Source: Spirochaetia bacterium (GTDB lineage Bacteria; Spirochaetota; Spirochaetia; UBA9216). From it: DNA of 64,000 nt. The notes under the pieces were generated by a model. It was given only the letters and a program-made list of their open reading frames with translations, did not search any database and had not been told where the DNA came from. The DNA lies in NCBI GenBank assembly GCA_965140585.1, contig OZ223270.1, forward strand, positions 160,001 through 224,000. The letters run 5' to 3'. Below are positions 28,360 through 38,273 of the stretch, one piece after another. The position numbers and the translations under genes were made by a program. Position 1 is the first letter of the stretch; every line of letters begins with the position of its first letter.

Positions 28360-30702
28360 ATGACCGAAACCGGCTACCTGCTTACAATGCACAGCCTCGA
28401 TATTAACGGCAGATGCGAGCTGCATTATTACGGAACCGGAGACTCCGGACCCTTTCTTGTGATCGTCAGCCCCCATAAACCGGTTTTCTTCATAAGAGAG
28501 GACTGCCCCGAGCAGGAAACAGCAGGGCTTGAAAGAAAAACACTTGATTTAAGCGATTTCGACGGAATCCGGGTCGACGGACTTTACTTCAACAGCCTTG
28601 ACAACTACTTCCATAACCGCAGAAGGCTGCGCGACAGAAACATACGGGTATACGAATCGGATATCAGGGCGGAAGACCGATTTTTGATGGAACGCTACAT
28701 TAAATGCGGTGTTCAAATAGAGGGAAATGTTCAAAAACAGAACAATCTTAATGTTTTTATAAATCCCGCCCTGAGCCCGTCAGACTACCGTCCGGAACTT
28801 CGGGTTATGTCGCTTGATATCGAAACAGGGACCGACGGCAGTATCTATTCAATCGCGGAGCATACAACATACGGCGCCTCCGAGTATAAATTAGTGCTGA
28901 TGCGCGGGGAACCTGCAAATCCGGTTAATACTGCGAATAGAGAATCCGGTAATAATTCCGGAAGCAACCAGGAGCTTAGATATCTGCCGGATGAGCAGTC
29001 TCTGCTTCTCGGCTTTGAAAGACATCTAAAGGAACGTGATCCCGATATCATAGTCGGATGGCATGTCATAGGCTTCGACCTTGATTTTATCAAAAGGCGG
29101 TCGGAGTTCTTCGGCAGGTCCTTTACTGCAGGCCGCGGATTCAGACACAGGGAGCTTCGGATATTCCAGAAAAGAAGCGGAATGTACTCAGCCGAAACAA
29201 ACGGACGAATAATTATCGACGGTCCGCAGAGCCTGCGGACCGCATTCTACAAATTTGAAAACTACAAGCTTGAAACTGTCGCCGGAGAACTGCTGGGCCG
29301 CGGTAAGGACATCACCCCCGACGAGGACAAGGTTGCAGAAATAGAGCGGCGGTTCCGTGAGGATAAACCCGCCCTGGCCCGCTATAATCTTGAGGACTGC
29401 GTACTTGTTACCGAGATATTTCAGAAGACCGCAATCATCGATCAGCTTGTAACCAGAAGCCTCATCACCGGGCTCCCTGCCGACAAGGTTCACATGTCGG
29501 TAGCATCCTTCGATTTTTTCATGCTGCCGCTGGTGCACCGCAAGGGACTGGTCGCCATAGATACAGCCGATGTAATGGCCGGTCAGCATGCGGCCGGAGG
29601 CTTTGTTTTCACATCTGCGCCGGGGCTCTACCCTCATGTAATCGTTCTTGATTTTAAAAGCCTGTACCCCACCATCATCCGGACTTTCTTCATAGATCCG
29701 GTATCGAGGGTAAGATCGGATCTTAACCCGGTCACAACACCGGAAGGCATACGTTTTTCATCCACCGAGAACGTGCTTCCCGATTTTCTTGAAGGACTGA
29801 TGGATAAACGGGCTGATGCAAAACGGAACAACGATCCATACCTGTCCCAGGCAGTCAAGATTCTGATGAACAGCTTCTACGGTGTGATGGGAACCACCGG
29901 CTGCCGCTTCTACCACCCCGACCTGCCTACGGCAATAACCGGAACAGGACAGTGGATATTGAAGACCTGCAGGGCATATCTCACAGACCTCGGATATGAG
30001 GTAATCTACGGCGATACCGACTCTCTTTTTGTCTGCATGAAACCGGAGGAGCAGAACAGGGTTGATGCAGCCGGAGCAGAGCTTGCAGAGCAGGTGAACA
30101 ATCATTTTATCGATCTGATGAAAAGTGATTTCGGAGTTGAGTCGAAGCTGGAAATTGAATTTGAAAAGCACTACACCAAGTTTTTCCTGCCGCCGATGCG
30201 TTATACCAGCGAAGGGGCCCGCAAACGCTATGCCGGAATGCTTGAAGACGGAACGATAGATTTCAAAGGGCTTGAAACCGTCCGCTCCGACTGGACCGAC
30301 CTTGCCAAGAAGTTTCAGCAGGATCTGTTTTTCAGATTCTTTAACGATATAGAACTTGCCGGATGGATAAAGGGCTTTGTGGAGGATCTGAAAACCGGAA
30401 GCTTCGATGATCTGCTCATCTACAAACGTCAGCTCAACCGGAAAACATCTGAATATGTAAAATCCACACCGCCTCACGTTAAAGCCGCACTTAAACTTGA
30501 TCCCGACGGTTCAAAAAATCTCAGAAACGTCAGCTACATAATGACAGCCGAGGGGCCAACGCCTGTGGAAATATACAGCGGCGGAGCCGACTACAGCCAT
30601 TACATAGAAAAACAAATCCGCCCCATTGCCGACGGAGTACTCTTTGCCGCAGGCAGGGACTTTGATTCAATCATCGAAGGACAGCAGCTGGACCTGTTTT
30701 AA
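28360..30702 (+). CDS. polB: DNA polymerase II (family B)
   Basis: SLDIET, LDFKSLYP, KILMNSFYG, YGDTDS and C-terminal clamp motif QLDLF. Confidence 0.95.
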   Translation: MTETGYLLTMHSLDINGRCELHYYGTGDSGPFLVIVSPHKPVFFIREDCPEQETAGLERKTLDLSDFDGIRVDGLYFNSLDNYFHNRRRLRDRNIRVYESDIRAEDRFLMERYIKCGVQIEGNVQKQNNLNVFINPALSPSDYRPELRVMSLDIETGTDGSIYSIAEHTTYGASEYKLVLMRGEPANPVNTANRESGNNSGSNQELRYLPDEQSLLLGFERHLKERDPDIIVGWHVIGFDLDFIKRRSEFFGRSFTAGRGFRHRELRIFQKRSGMYSAETNGRIIIDGPQSLRTAFYKFENYKLETVAGELLGRGKDITPDEDKVAEIERRFREDKPALARYNLEDCVLVTEIFQKTAIIDQLVTRSLITGLPADKVHMSVASFDFFMLPLVHRKGLVAIDTADVMAGQHAAGGFVFTSAPGLYPHVIVLDFKSLYPTIIRTFFIDPVSRVRSDLNPVTTPEGIRFSSTENVLPDFLEGLMDKRADAKRNNDPYLSQAVKILMNSFYGVMGTTGCRFYHPDLPTAITGTGQWILKTCRAYLTDLGYEVIYGDTDSLFVCMKPEEQNRVDAAGAELAEQVNNHFIDLMKSDFGVESKLEIEFEKHYTKFFLPPMRYTSEGARKRYAGMLEDGTIDFKGLETVRSDWTDLAKKFQQDLFFRFFNDIELAGWIKGFVEDLKTGSFDDLLIYKRQLNRKTSEYVKSTPPHVKAALKLDPDGSKNLRNVSYIMTAEGPTPVEIYSGGADYSHYIEKQIRPIADGVLFAAGRDFDSIIEGQQLDLF

Positions 30703-30718
30703 GCAACAGCCAGCCGGT

Positions 30719-31384
30719 TTAAAGGCTGCTGTTTTTCTTTCCGTATTTGTTTTTGGCAAAATCCTGCATGATATCAATCTCTTCATTGCTGAACTTCCGT
30801 ACATCACCGCCGAGCAGTTTTGCAAACAGATAGATCTGGGCATTTTTCTCAAGCACCAGGCTGACTTTCAGCGCCGTTTTCATATCACGTCCCGTCACAA
30901 GGGCTCCATGTCCGGGCAGCAGTACCGCATTGTTCCGGCCCAGAGCCCTTACCGCAGCATCACCCAGTTCAGCGGTGCCCGGTAGTTCATATGGAAGCGC
31001 AACCTGTATCTCGGCACCTGCAATCTGGACGAAGTCCTCGCTCACTGCAGGCAGCGGCTTTTCTGCCGCACCGAACGCACTGGAATACACCGGATGTGTA
31101 TGTATAACAGCGTTTACATCCGGTCTGACCTTCAAAACAGCCGCATGCATGTGCTTCTCCACAGAAGGTTCCGCCTTCCCTTCAACAAGATTAAGATCTG
31201 TATCCATAACTACAACCAGATCAGGAGTAATCACCGAATAATCCACCCCGCTTGGGCTAATATACATCAAGCCAGTCTCCGGATCACGGCAGCTGATATT
31301 GCCCCATGTGCCGACTGTTATACCCTTCTCAAGCATTTCTATGCCGGTATCGACTATCAATTGTTTATATTCATTATTTACCAT
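30719..31384 (-). CDS. Class II aldolase/adducin family protein (FucA-like)
   Basis: GNIS, SPSG, PSVE..MH, HTH and GHG motifs. Confidence 0.9.
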   Translation of the reverse strand: MVNNEYKQLIVDTGIEMLEKGITVGTWGNISCRDPETGLMYISPSGVDYSVITPDLVVVMDTDLNLVEGKAEPSVEKHMHAAVLKVRPDVNAVIHTHPVYSSAFGAAEKPLPAVSEDFVQIAGAEIQVALPYELPGTAELGDAAVRALGRNNAVLLPGHGALVTGRDMKTALKVSLVLEKNAQIYLFAKLLGGDVRKFSNEEIDIMQDFAKNKYGKKNSSL

Positions 31385-31470
31385 ATGCCCGGTATTTTAG
31401 CATAAAGAGAATAAGGCTTCCATTTTTAAATTCTGTAGCCGGCAGTATATAAATGAGTTAAATTATAAAT

Positions 31471-32394
31471 ATGAAAATCAGTGTAATAATTCCCGCAAAG
31501 AATGAAGAAAAGTTTCTTCCCGTACTTCTTGAGAGTATAAAGAATCAGGATTTTGATGATTATGAAGTAATCGTCGCTGACGCCTTTTCTACCGACAGAA
31601 CAAGGGAAATCGCTGCTGAATACGGAGCCAGGGTTGTCGACGGCGGAATGCCGGGGCCGGGACGAAATGCAGGAGCAAGGGCTGCCGGGGGTGAATTCCT
31701 TATATTCCTTGATGCCGATGTAGTTATCCCCGAACATTTCCTGAAGAACCTGTATAACGAAATGCAGGAAAGATATATCGATGTCGCAACCTGCGCAATA
31801 AGACCGATGTCCGACATTCAGCTTGACCGGGTAATCCATAATGTCATCAACCTTACAGTAATGGCAAACCTCAGAATAAACCCGATGGCATTCGGTTTCT
31901 GCATATTTATAACAAAAAGACTTTTTGACAGAATCGGAGGTTTCGATGAAACCATCAAGGTTGCCGAAGACAACGATCTTGTAAAACGCGCATCAGACTA
32001 CCGCCCGCTGCGCTACCTGAACTCAACCCATGTAAAGGTCAGCGTCCGCCGTTACGAGAAGGAAGGCCGACTCCAGTACGCGGCCAAGGGAATCAAACTC
32101 AATGTATACCGGGCATTCCGGGGTGAAATTCGTTATGGAAACGACGTTCTTGAATACGACTTCGGAGGCTACAACGGAGACTACAACCGGGAAAAGGCTC
32201 TCGATAAAATAGAGAAAGCTCTCATCCGTATGGAGACAAAATACCGCAGGCAGCTTTCCAACATGAAAACATGGAGGATTTCCGGAAAGGAACATGAGAG
32301 AAGCTACAAACTTCTTACCCAGCTTCGGAGCACAATGAGGGATTTTTCAAAATCTGATAATAGAGAAGAAGATAAGGATAAAAAGGCCGACTGA
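31471..32394 (+). CDS. Glycosyltransferase family 2
   Basis: ISVIIPAKNEE, FLDAD, GGFDE and AED motifs. Confidence 0.9.
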   Translation: MKISVIIPAKNEEKFLPVLLESIKNQDFDDYEVIVADAFSTDRTREIAAEYGARVVDGGMPGPGRNAGARAAGGEFLIFLDADVVIPEHFLKNLYNEMQERYIDVATCAIRPMSDIQLDRVIHNVINLTVMANLRINPMAFGFCIFITKRLFDRIGGFDETIKVAEDNDLVKRASDYRPLRYLNSTHVKVSVRRYEKEGRLQYAAKGIKLNVYRAFRGEIRYGNDVLEYDFGGYNGDYNREKALDKIEKALIRMETKYRRQLSNMKTWRISGKEHERSYKLLTQLRSTMRDFSKSDNREEDKDKKAD

Positions 32395-32419
32395 AACACT
32401 GGATAAGATCCGGCTGGAG

Positions 32420-33025
32420 TCAGCTGGTTTTCAGAAAGGCCTTCAGGTATTCAGCCGCAGTGGATCCCAGTTTCCGGTGGGCATCCGCCTCAAGATGTAT
32501 TCCGTCAATCGGAGAGCTTTTAATTATTCCGCCTGAATTAATGAATCCGCATTTCATAGCGGAGGCAAGTGTTCCAAGCTGTGTACCAAGTTCCAGAACT
32601 TTACGGGTTTCTGTTTCATAATACCCGTCTGGCACTTCATCATTATTCAGAGGCACCGGAGAAATCAAAATCATTTCCGGTTCCACAAAGCCCGTATCCT
32701 CACTTGTTTTGCCGAGGGTTCTGATAAATGCCGAAAAAGCCCTGACCACATCATTTACCGGGCATTCGGGGTTCAGGCAGATATCGTTGACACCAAGAAA
32801 CAGAATCACCGCATCAAGCGGAAAATTATCAACCAGGGCATCAGAGAAATACTCCTCCTGACCGATGATTGTTCTTCCGTTTACCCCGTCTTCGATTATC
32901 TCAAAGCCCTCACCCAGTTCATTTGCCATAACTCCGGGCCAGCGCTCGCTGAAGGCAAAGCGGAGTCCGGACACAGGATTAACTCCCCAGGTATTTGAAT
33001 CGCCGTAGCACAGGATTCTGTACAT
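32420..33025 (-). CDS. SGNH/GDSL hydrolase
   Basis: YGDSNTWG, GVND and DGIH motifs. Confidence 0.9.
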   Translation of the reverse strand: MYRILCYGDSNTWGVNPVSGLRFAFSERWPGVMANELGEGFEIIEDGVNGRTIIGQEEYFSDALVDNFPLDAVILFLGVNDICLNPECPVNDVVRAFSAFIRTLGKTSEDTGFVEPEMILISPVPLNNDEVPDGYYETETRKVLELGTQLGTLASAMKCGFINSGGIIKSSPIDGIHLEADAHRKLGSTAAEYLKAFLKTS

Positions 33026-33036
33026 AAGCCTTCCTT

Positions 33037-33594
33037 TTATTTTACCAGTGCGGATATCCCCTTGAAGTAGGGGCTTTTTGAGGTTCTGGTTAGTTCAAAA
33101 AGTACTGACTCATATACTGAAACCATCGCGCCCTCAAACTTGTATCGTTCTATTCCTGTATTATAATCCTGTTCCTTTCTGGAGGAAATACAGTCAACAA
33201 CAGCATTAACGTTATAACCTTCTGCACAGAGATCGGTAATTGTCTGAAGAACACAGACATGACCTTCGATTCCGCAGATGAGTACATTTTTCCTGCCTGT
33301 TTCCTTCAATTTTTCCATAAAAGCAGGGTCATCAGCACAGCTGAAAGTTCCTTTTTCAATATACGGGAGCTCTTCGGCAGAGCTGTAGCCGAGCGCCTCA
33401 ACAAGTTCGGGAACTGTTGGTCCAAGGCCCCTGGTGTACTGCTGGGTAACGAGCAGCGGAATCTCAAGATGACGAAGCCCCTTAATGAGGGTGGAAGTAT
33501 TTTTTATAAGCTCTTCCTTCTTCTGCATATGGGGGACAAGCCTGTCCTGAAAATCAATTATTACTCCAACTGTATCTTCTGCAAGTAATCTCAT
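33037..33594 (-). CDS. Isochorismatase-family hydrolase
   Basis: IIDFQ, TQQY..GLG, K..FSC and GIEGHVCVLQT motifs. Confidence 0.9.
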   Translation of the reverse strand: MRLLAEDTVGVIIDFQDRLVPHMQKKEELIKNTSTLIKGLRHLEIPLLVTQQYTRGLGPTVPELVEALGYSSAEELPYIEKGTFSCADDPAFMEKLKETGRKNVLICGIEGHVCVLQTITDLCAEGYNVNAVVDCISSRKEQDYNTGIERYKFEGAMVSVYESVLFELTRTSKSPYFKGISALVK

Positions 33595-34652
33595 AATTCC
33601 TCCCTGTATTTGCGGTAAAGACCCCTGAACTGGTCATAGGACAGTGACAGCAGATCTGCCGCTTTCTTCTGGTTGTTTTTTCCTTCCGACAAGGCCCGCC
33701 GAAGGTACTCAACTTCTATTTCTTTTATATTATCCCGAAATCCTGCAAGAGGGGGAAGAGCCGAAACTGTCTTTTCAACAATCCCGGGACTGCGGGCAGT
33801 CTCGCTGCTTTCAGCCTCAAAGCCTGAATTCCCTCTATCATCAGAGGCGCCGTATTCGATCTCAGGCTTTTCATAGGGATTTTTGAAAGGATCAACATTT
33901 ATTTCGGCAATAAGCCCCGACTCACACTTGTAGACAGCACGCTCAACTACGTTTTTAAGCTCACGGATGTTTCCGGGCCAGGGATATTGATGCATTCTTT
34001 GAATTACTTCTTCCGAGAACTCAGGCATCCGGGCATGACCAAGCTCCGACGCCATTCTTGATGAAAAATGCCTGGCAAGAAGCATAATGTCATCTCTGCG
34101 CTCTCTTAAGGGGGGAAGAAAAAGGACCTCGAAAGACAGTCTGTCCAGGAGGTCCCTTTTGAACTTGTTCTCTTCGCACAAATTCGGCATGTCTTCATTG
34201 GTGGCGGCGACAATACGGACATCAACTTCGATAGTCCGTGAACTGCCGACACGTTCAAAACTGCCGTATTCGACTACTCTGAGTATCTTCTCTTGTACTT
34301 CTAGAGGGATCAGGCCTATCTCATCGAGAAACAGGGTTCCCCCGTCGGCCTCTTCAAAGCGGCCTTTTCGGGTTTTTCCTGCGCCGGTGTACGCTCCTGT
34401 TTCATGTCCAAAAAGTTCTGTTTCAATAAGCGTAGGCGGCAGTGCAGCACAGTTGAGTGTGACGAAAGGAGCCTCCCAGCGTCCGGAAAGGTAATGAAGC
34501 CTTGAGGCTGCTAATTCCTTTCCGGTTCCCCTTTCGCCGATTATCATGACCGATCGATTTATACCGGCGGCCCGACTGAGTTCTGCCTGAAATTCCAGAA
34601 ATACCGGAGATTCTCCCAGAGCTTCGCGTTCAACGAAATCTGAGAATTTCAT
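33591..34652 (-). CDS. pspF: Phage shock protein activator PspF (sigma54 bEBP)
   Basis: GERGTGKELAA, GAYTGA, no receiver domain, C-terminal HTH LSYDQFRG; divergent from pspA. Confidence 0.92.
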   Translation of the reverse strand: MKFSDFVEREALGESPVFLEFQAELSRAAGINRSVMIIGERGTGKELAASRLHYLSGRWEAPFVTLNCAALPPTLIETELFGHETGAYTGAGKTRKGRFEEADGGTLFLDEIGLIPLEVQEKILRVVEYGSFERVGSSRTIEVDVRIVAATNEDMPNLCEENKFKRDLLDRLSFEVLFLPPLRERRDDIMLLARHFSSRMASELGHARMPEFSEEVIQRMHQYPWPGNIRELKNVVERAVYKCESGLIAEINVDPFKNPYEKPEIEYGASDDRGNSGFEAESSETARSPGIVEKTVSALPPLAGFRDNIKEIEVEYLRRALSEGKNNQKKAADLLSLSYDQFRGLYRKYREEL

Positions 34653-34654
34653 GT

Positions 34655-34742
34655 AGGTACAATTTACCATGATATGGTTATTCTGACCAGTATTATTTTA
34701 TGAATTTGGTATATTTTACCATTTTATTGGTTTATTTCGCCA
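34655..34742. promoter_or_regulatory. Four PspF UAS-like palindromes
   Basis: (A/T)GGT-N7-(A/G)CCA at 34655, 34675, 34707 and 34728. Confidence 0.7.
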
Positions 34743-34891
34743 AATTCCTCCCTGGGGGGGTAACAGAACCAGCCCCGGAAGCTGTTTAAATAGGGACGGA
34801 AAGACTGAAAATGAGCTATAAAAAGCCCAAACAAACAGTCATTGGATTAATTTTATTGAATTTTCAGAAGATTCCGGGCTAATTCCAAAAA

Positions 34892-34908
34892 TTGGCACAG
34901 CATCTGCA
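34892..34908 (+). promoter_or_regulatory. Sigma54 -24/-12 promoter of pspA
   Basis: TTGGCACAGCATCTGCA (GG-N10-GC). Confidence 0.85.
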
Positions 34909-34940
34909 TATATATGTACAAACAAACCATGGAGGATAAT

Positions 34941-35621
34941 ATGGGCGTTTTTACAAGATTCAAAGACATAGTTAACTCAAACATCAATTCAATGCTGGAC
35001 AGAGCGGAAGACCCTGAAAAAATGATCAACCTGATGATTAGAGAGATGGAAGATACACTAGTAGAACTCAAATCATCATGCGCAGCTACAATGGCAGACA
35101 AGGCCAAAATGGCCCGGGAAAAAGATGACTTCCAGGAAAAATGCGACCGCTGGAGTTCAAGGGCAAAACTTGCTGTAGAAAAAGGCCGTGATGATCTGGC
35201 CCGTGAAGCGCTTCTTGAGAAGAAATCGTGCGCAAACCAGCTCGAACTGCTTGAAAACGATCTTAAACAGTTTGATACTATTATTGACGAATGCAAGGGA
35301 AACATTACCCAGCTTGAAGAAAAACTGGAGACAGTAAAACAGAAAAGACGTATATTAATACAGCGAAGCATTCATGCCACAGAAAAGAAGAAAGCAAGAG
35401 AGACAATTAGAAACGCTTCAGGCGTTGATGCAACTATGCGTTTCGAAGAACTCGAAGGCCGGATTGAAAGAATGGAAGCTGATGCGGATATGGTTTTCAC
35501 CGGAGCAAAAAGCGGAACCAACGAAAATGAATTCCACAAGCTTGAAAATGAAACCGAAATCGAAGAAGAGCTTTCAAAACTTAAAAAGAGTATAAAGAAG
35601 AATGATGGGGCCAATAATTAG
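34941..35621 (+). CDS. pspA: Phage shock protein A
   Basis: MGVFTRFKDIVNSNIN..LDRAEDPEKM; coiled coil; GGAGG SD. Confidence 0.95.
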   Translation: MGVFTRFKDIVNSNINSMLDRAEDPEKMINLMIREMEDTLVELKSSCAATMADKAKMAREKDDFQEKCDRWSSRAKLAVEKGRDDLAREALLEKKSCANQLELLENDLKQFDTIIDECKGNITQLEEKLETVKQKRRILIQRSIHATEKKKARETIRNASGVDATMRFEELEGRIERMEADADMVFTGAKSGTNENEFHKLENETEIEEELSKLKKSIKKNDGANN

Positions 35622-35847
35622 TTCAGGAATGATAATTTCACTTTTTGCTATCGCAGCACCCTTTGTATTCGTACTTGCGGTGATTGCGATAGTAACAGGT
35701 AAAAAGGAAAAATCCCGCCGCGGAGATAAAATGAGCGACGAGGATGCAAAGATGATGGATGAAATTTACAGGGGCCTTCGGGATTTAAATCGTAGAATCG
35801 ACAACCTGGAAACCCTGTATAACGATAAAAAACGGAAGGAGCGGTAA
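35602..35847 (+). CDS. pspB: PspB-like membrane protein
   Basis: One TM helix followed by RIDNLETL; between pspA and pspC. Confidence 0.75.
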   Translation: MMGPIISSGMIISLFAIAAPFVFVLAVIAIVTGKKEKSRRGDKMSDEDAKMMDEIYRGLRDLNRRIDNLETLYNDKKRKER

Positions 35848-35853
35848 TTGACT

Positions 35854-36231
35854 ATGACCTATACCGGCAGAAAACTATACAGATCCAGACACGGTGAAAT
35901 CCTCGGAGTCTGCAAGGGAATTGCTGAATGGAGAGATCTCCCTGTAAATATGGTAAGACTCCTTTTCATACTGATAGCAATAGCAAGCGCCGTAGTGCCC
36001 TGTCTTATAATATACCTGATAATGGGACTGGTTCTCCCCATGGAGCCCGGATACCGTTCGGGCAGACGAAGCGATGACGATTACAAGGATCGCGGAGGAA
36101 GACGACATTACGGTTTTGAAGATATTAAAAGCGAGTTTGACAACCTGAAACAGCGCGTAAATAAAATGGAAGACGATGCAACCTCAGATAAAGAGACAGA
36201 CTGGGATCGAAGATTTCATGATAAGGATTGA
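35854..36231 (+). CDS. pspC: PspC domain protein
   Basis: KLYRSR..ILGVCKGIAE, TM helix, C-terminal coiled coil. Confidence 0.88.
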   Translation: MTYTGRKLYRSRHGEILGVCKGIAEWRDLPVNMVRLLFILIAIASAVVPCLIIYLIMGLVLPMEPGYRSGRRSDDDYKDRGGRRHYGFEDIKSEFDNLKQRVNKMEDDATSDKETDWDRRFHDKD

Positions 36232-36260
36232 TTCCGGGCTCAGCATCGGAAATAAAGAAC

Positions 36261-36300
36261 AGGGCACCATTGAATAAGATATTCAGCGGTGCCTTTTTTT
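36261..36300 (+). terminator. Terminator after pspC
   Basis: GGCACC...GGTGCC followed by a T-run. Confidence 0.7.
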
Positions 36301-37093
36301 ATTCGGCTTCTTCATATCTGGACAGGTTCATGTTAACCTGCTCAAGCTTTTTTGTAAGGCTGTCGATGGTTTTTTCGATCCGCTTTTTTTCCTTCTGAAG
36401 CCGCACAACGGGGTCATCTGCCGAAGATTTCATTTTTGCGGCCCTTGCAAGATCCCGGCTGCTTCCGCCTATCAGACTAGTCTGAACTTTCTCACGGGTT
36501 TCGGCGTCGGCAACCGATGCAACCAGCATCATATTTTCGTAACCGAGTTCGGAAGGGAGTTCAAAATTATTGGCCTTGATAAGGGTCCTTGCCGTTGTAG
36601 TATCAAGCTGAAGCACCCGCTCAACATAATCTTCAAAACGGTAGCCCTTGGTGCTGCATATTTCCTGTGCACGTACAAAGGCGGAACCAAGCTGTTTTGC
36701 AATATCGCCCTGAGGGCCAATCATCTTCTTTTTAATGGTTTCGGTAAGCAGTGCAAGCTCGTGATCAGCCTCAAACACATTACCGATAAGGCTCATCTCT
36801 TCAGCCTTGTTAAGCAGTTCATGAAAGATCCGCCTGAACTCTACAGTATGGGCTCTGGGTCCGACAGGGACAGGAGATTCCGTGATATGTACATGGTGAG
36901 CAAATTCATGGATAGCCGTGTACAGAAGAAGCACATCGCTTTCCAGATTTTTATTGTGGATAATTATTTCACGCGTATCGGGGTAATAAAGCCCGTTAAC
37001 CTTCTTGCTGCTTTTTCCTGAAAATATCAGTGAAAACTCTTCTATATCATCGCGAAGCTGAAGGAGTATCTCTTTTACCTGTTCCTGATTCAT
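36299..37093 (-). CDS. Hypothetical protein with an SprT-like HExxH motif
   Basis: AIHEFAHH..AH..EF; C-terminal coiled coil. Confidence 0.75.
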   Translation of the reverse strand: MNQEQVKEILLQLRDDIEEFSLIFSGKSSKKVNGLYYPDTREIIIHNKNLESDVLLLYTAIHEFAHHVHITESPVPVGPRAHTVEFRRIFHELLNKAEEMSLIGNVFEADHELALLTETIKKKMIGPQGDIAKQLGSAFVRAQEICSTKGYRFEDYVERVLQLDTTTARTLIKANNFELPSELGYENMMLVASVADAETREKVQTSLIGGSSRDLARAAKMKSSADDPVVRLQKEKKRIEKTIDSLTKKLEQVNMNLSRYEEAE

Positions 37094-37135
37094 AGCAATA
37101 AAAGTATTCTAAATCTGCCGATCAGGCAAGACTAT

Positions 37136-37972
37136 TCACTGCTTAATAAGTGTTATTCCTTTGTCGCTTATCTCAATCAGCCGCTCCTTGTACAGGCCGC
37201 CGATTGTTTTTTTGAATATTTTCTTGCTTATACACAGAGCCTGCTTAATATCATCAGCACTGCTTTTATCGTGCAGCGGAAGAAACCCTCCGGCTGTTTT
37301 AAGCGATTCTAAAATAATGGTCCTGGCATCGTCGCTTGCCGCTTTAAAGCCCTGCGGCTGCAGAGCTGCATCAACAAGACCGTCCTCACGGATCTTTTTA
37401 ATAAAACCGGTACGGGAATCTCCGATGTAAAGTTTTTCAAATATTTCGTTCCGGTACAGGACTCCGGAGTATTTATTGTCAATTATTACCCTTGCACCGA
37501 GTTTTGAAAAACCGAAGACTATCATCTCTACCTGCTGATTCGGCTTGAGTGAGGAAGTATCTGTCTCAAAATATTCATCAAGAATACAGGTCCCGATCAC
37601 TCCGGTTCCCTCAAAATCATGAACAATTCTAACCACAGCCATATCACCGGTTTCAAGGTCCTTGCGCATACTGCGTCTCGGGACAAAAAGATCCTTGCCT
37701 ATTCCCCAGTCAAGAAAGGCTCCGAAATCAGTCTTGCCCACCACTTCAAGTGCTGCAAATTCCCCAAGGACAGCATAGGGCTTTTTTGTTGTGGCCCGAA
37801 GCTCATCTTTTGCAGAATTATACACAAAGACATCAATAAATGATCCTTTCACCGCTGACGGCGGGACTTCATCAGGCGGGAGATAAATATCCTTACCCTT
37901 TCCTTCTGAAAGAAAGCATGCTTTAGGGCTTATTTTAACAATTTCAAGTTTATTCCATGTTCCGGTATTCAC
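37136..37972 (-). CDS. cvfB: CvfB-family S1 RNA-binding protein
   Basis: GAFLDWGIGKDL, IKKIREDG and SKKIFKKTIGGLYK motifs. Confidence 0.88.
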   Translation of the reverse strand: MNTGTWNKLEIVKISPKACFLSEGKGKDIYLPPDEVPPSAVKGSFIDVFVYNSAKDELRATTKKPYAVLGEFAALEVVGKTDFGAFLDWGIGKDLFVPRRSMRKDLETGDMAVVRIVHDFEGTGVIGTCILDEYFETDTSSLKPNQQVEMIVFGFSKLGARVIIDNKYSGVLYRNEIFEKLYIGDSRTGFIKKIREDGLVDAALQPQGFKAASDDARTIILESLKTAGGFLPLHDKSSADDIKQALCISKKIFKKTIGGLYKERLIEISDKGITLIKQ

Positions 37973-38004
37973 GGCTTGAGTATATCCTCCAGTGATAAAG
38001 AATT

Positions 38005-38139
38005 CTACTGCCTTGGAAGGGTAAGTACAAAGGTGGTGCCGCGGCCTTCCTCTGATGTAAAGGCAACCCTGCCCTTTAGAAAATTCTCGGCAAACAGCTT
38101 AATACTGCAGATTCCGATTCCCCGGCCTTCTGCTGACAT
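38005..38139 (-). pseudogene. Histidine kinase HATPase C-terminal remnant
   Basis: Reads SAEGRGIGICSIKLFAENFLKGRVAFTSEEGRGTTFVLTLPRQ* (G2 box and GTTF); upstream part absent. Confidence 0.7.
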
Positions 38140-38228
38140 CATATATTATTGGGTCCATACACTATTTTAGGTAATCACATCATCAACTTTCAATTAAAAA
38201 AACATTTTTAATCTTGATCATATTTATA

Positions 38229-38254
38229 TATTTAGGTATTCTTATACCTAAATA
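38229..38254. promoter_or_regulatory. Perfect palindromic operator upstream of the Rrf2 gene
   Basis: TATTTAGGTAT-TCTT-ATACCTAAATA. Confidence 0.7.
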
Positions 38255-38273
38255 ACAGTTTACAGGAGAATCT

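Noticed and set aside
29758-30477. Long antisense ORFs (also 6398-6991, 21613-22125, 34853-35371, 40715-41467, 57822-58352)
   Set aside because: They lie opposite well-supported genes and show no recognisable motifs
34753-34760. G7 run upstream of pspA, and the G-run at 18951, as phase-variation tracts
   Set aside because: Both are short and non-coding; the 18951 run is part of a terminator stem
38048-38066. GATGTAAAGG resembling the element linker
   Set aside because: Lacks ACCTT and flanking hairpins, and lies within the kinase remnant
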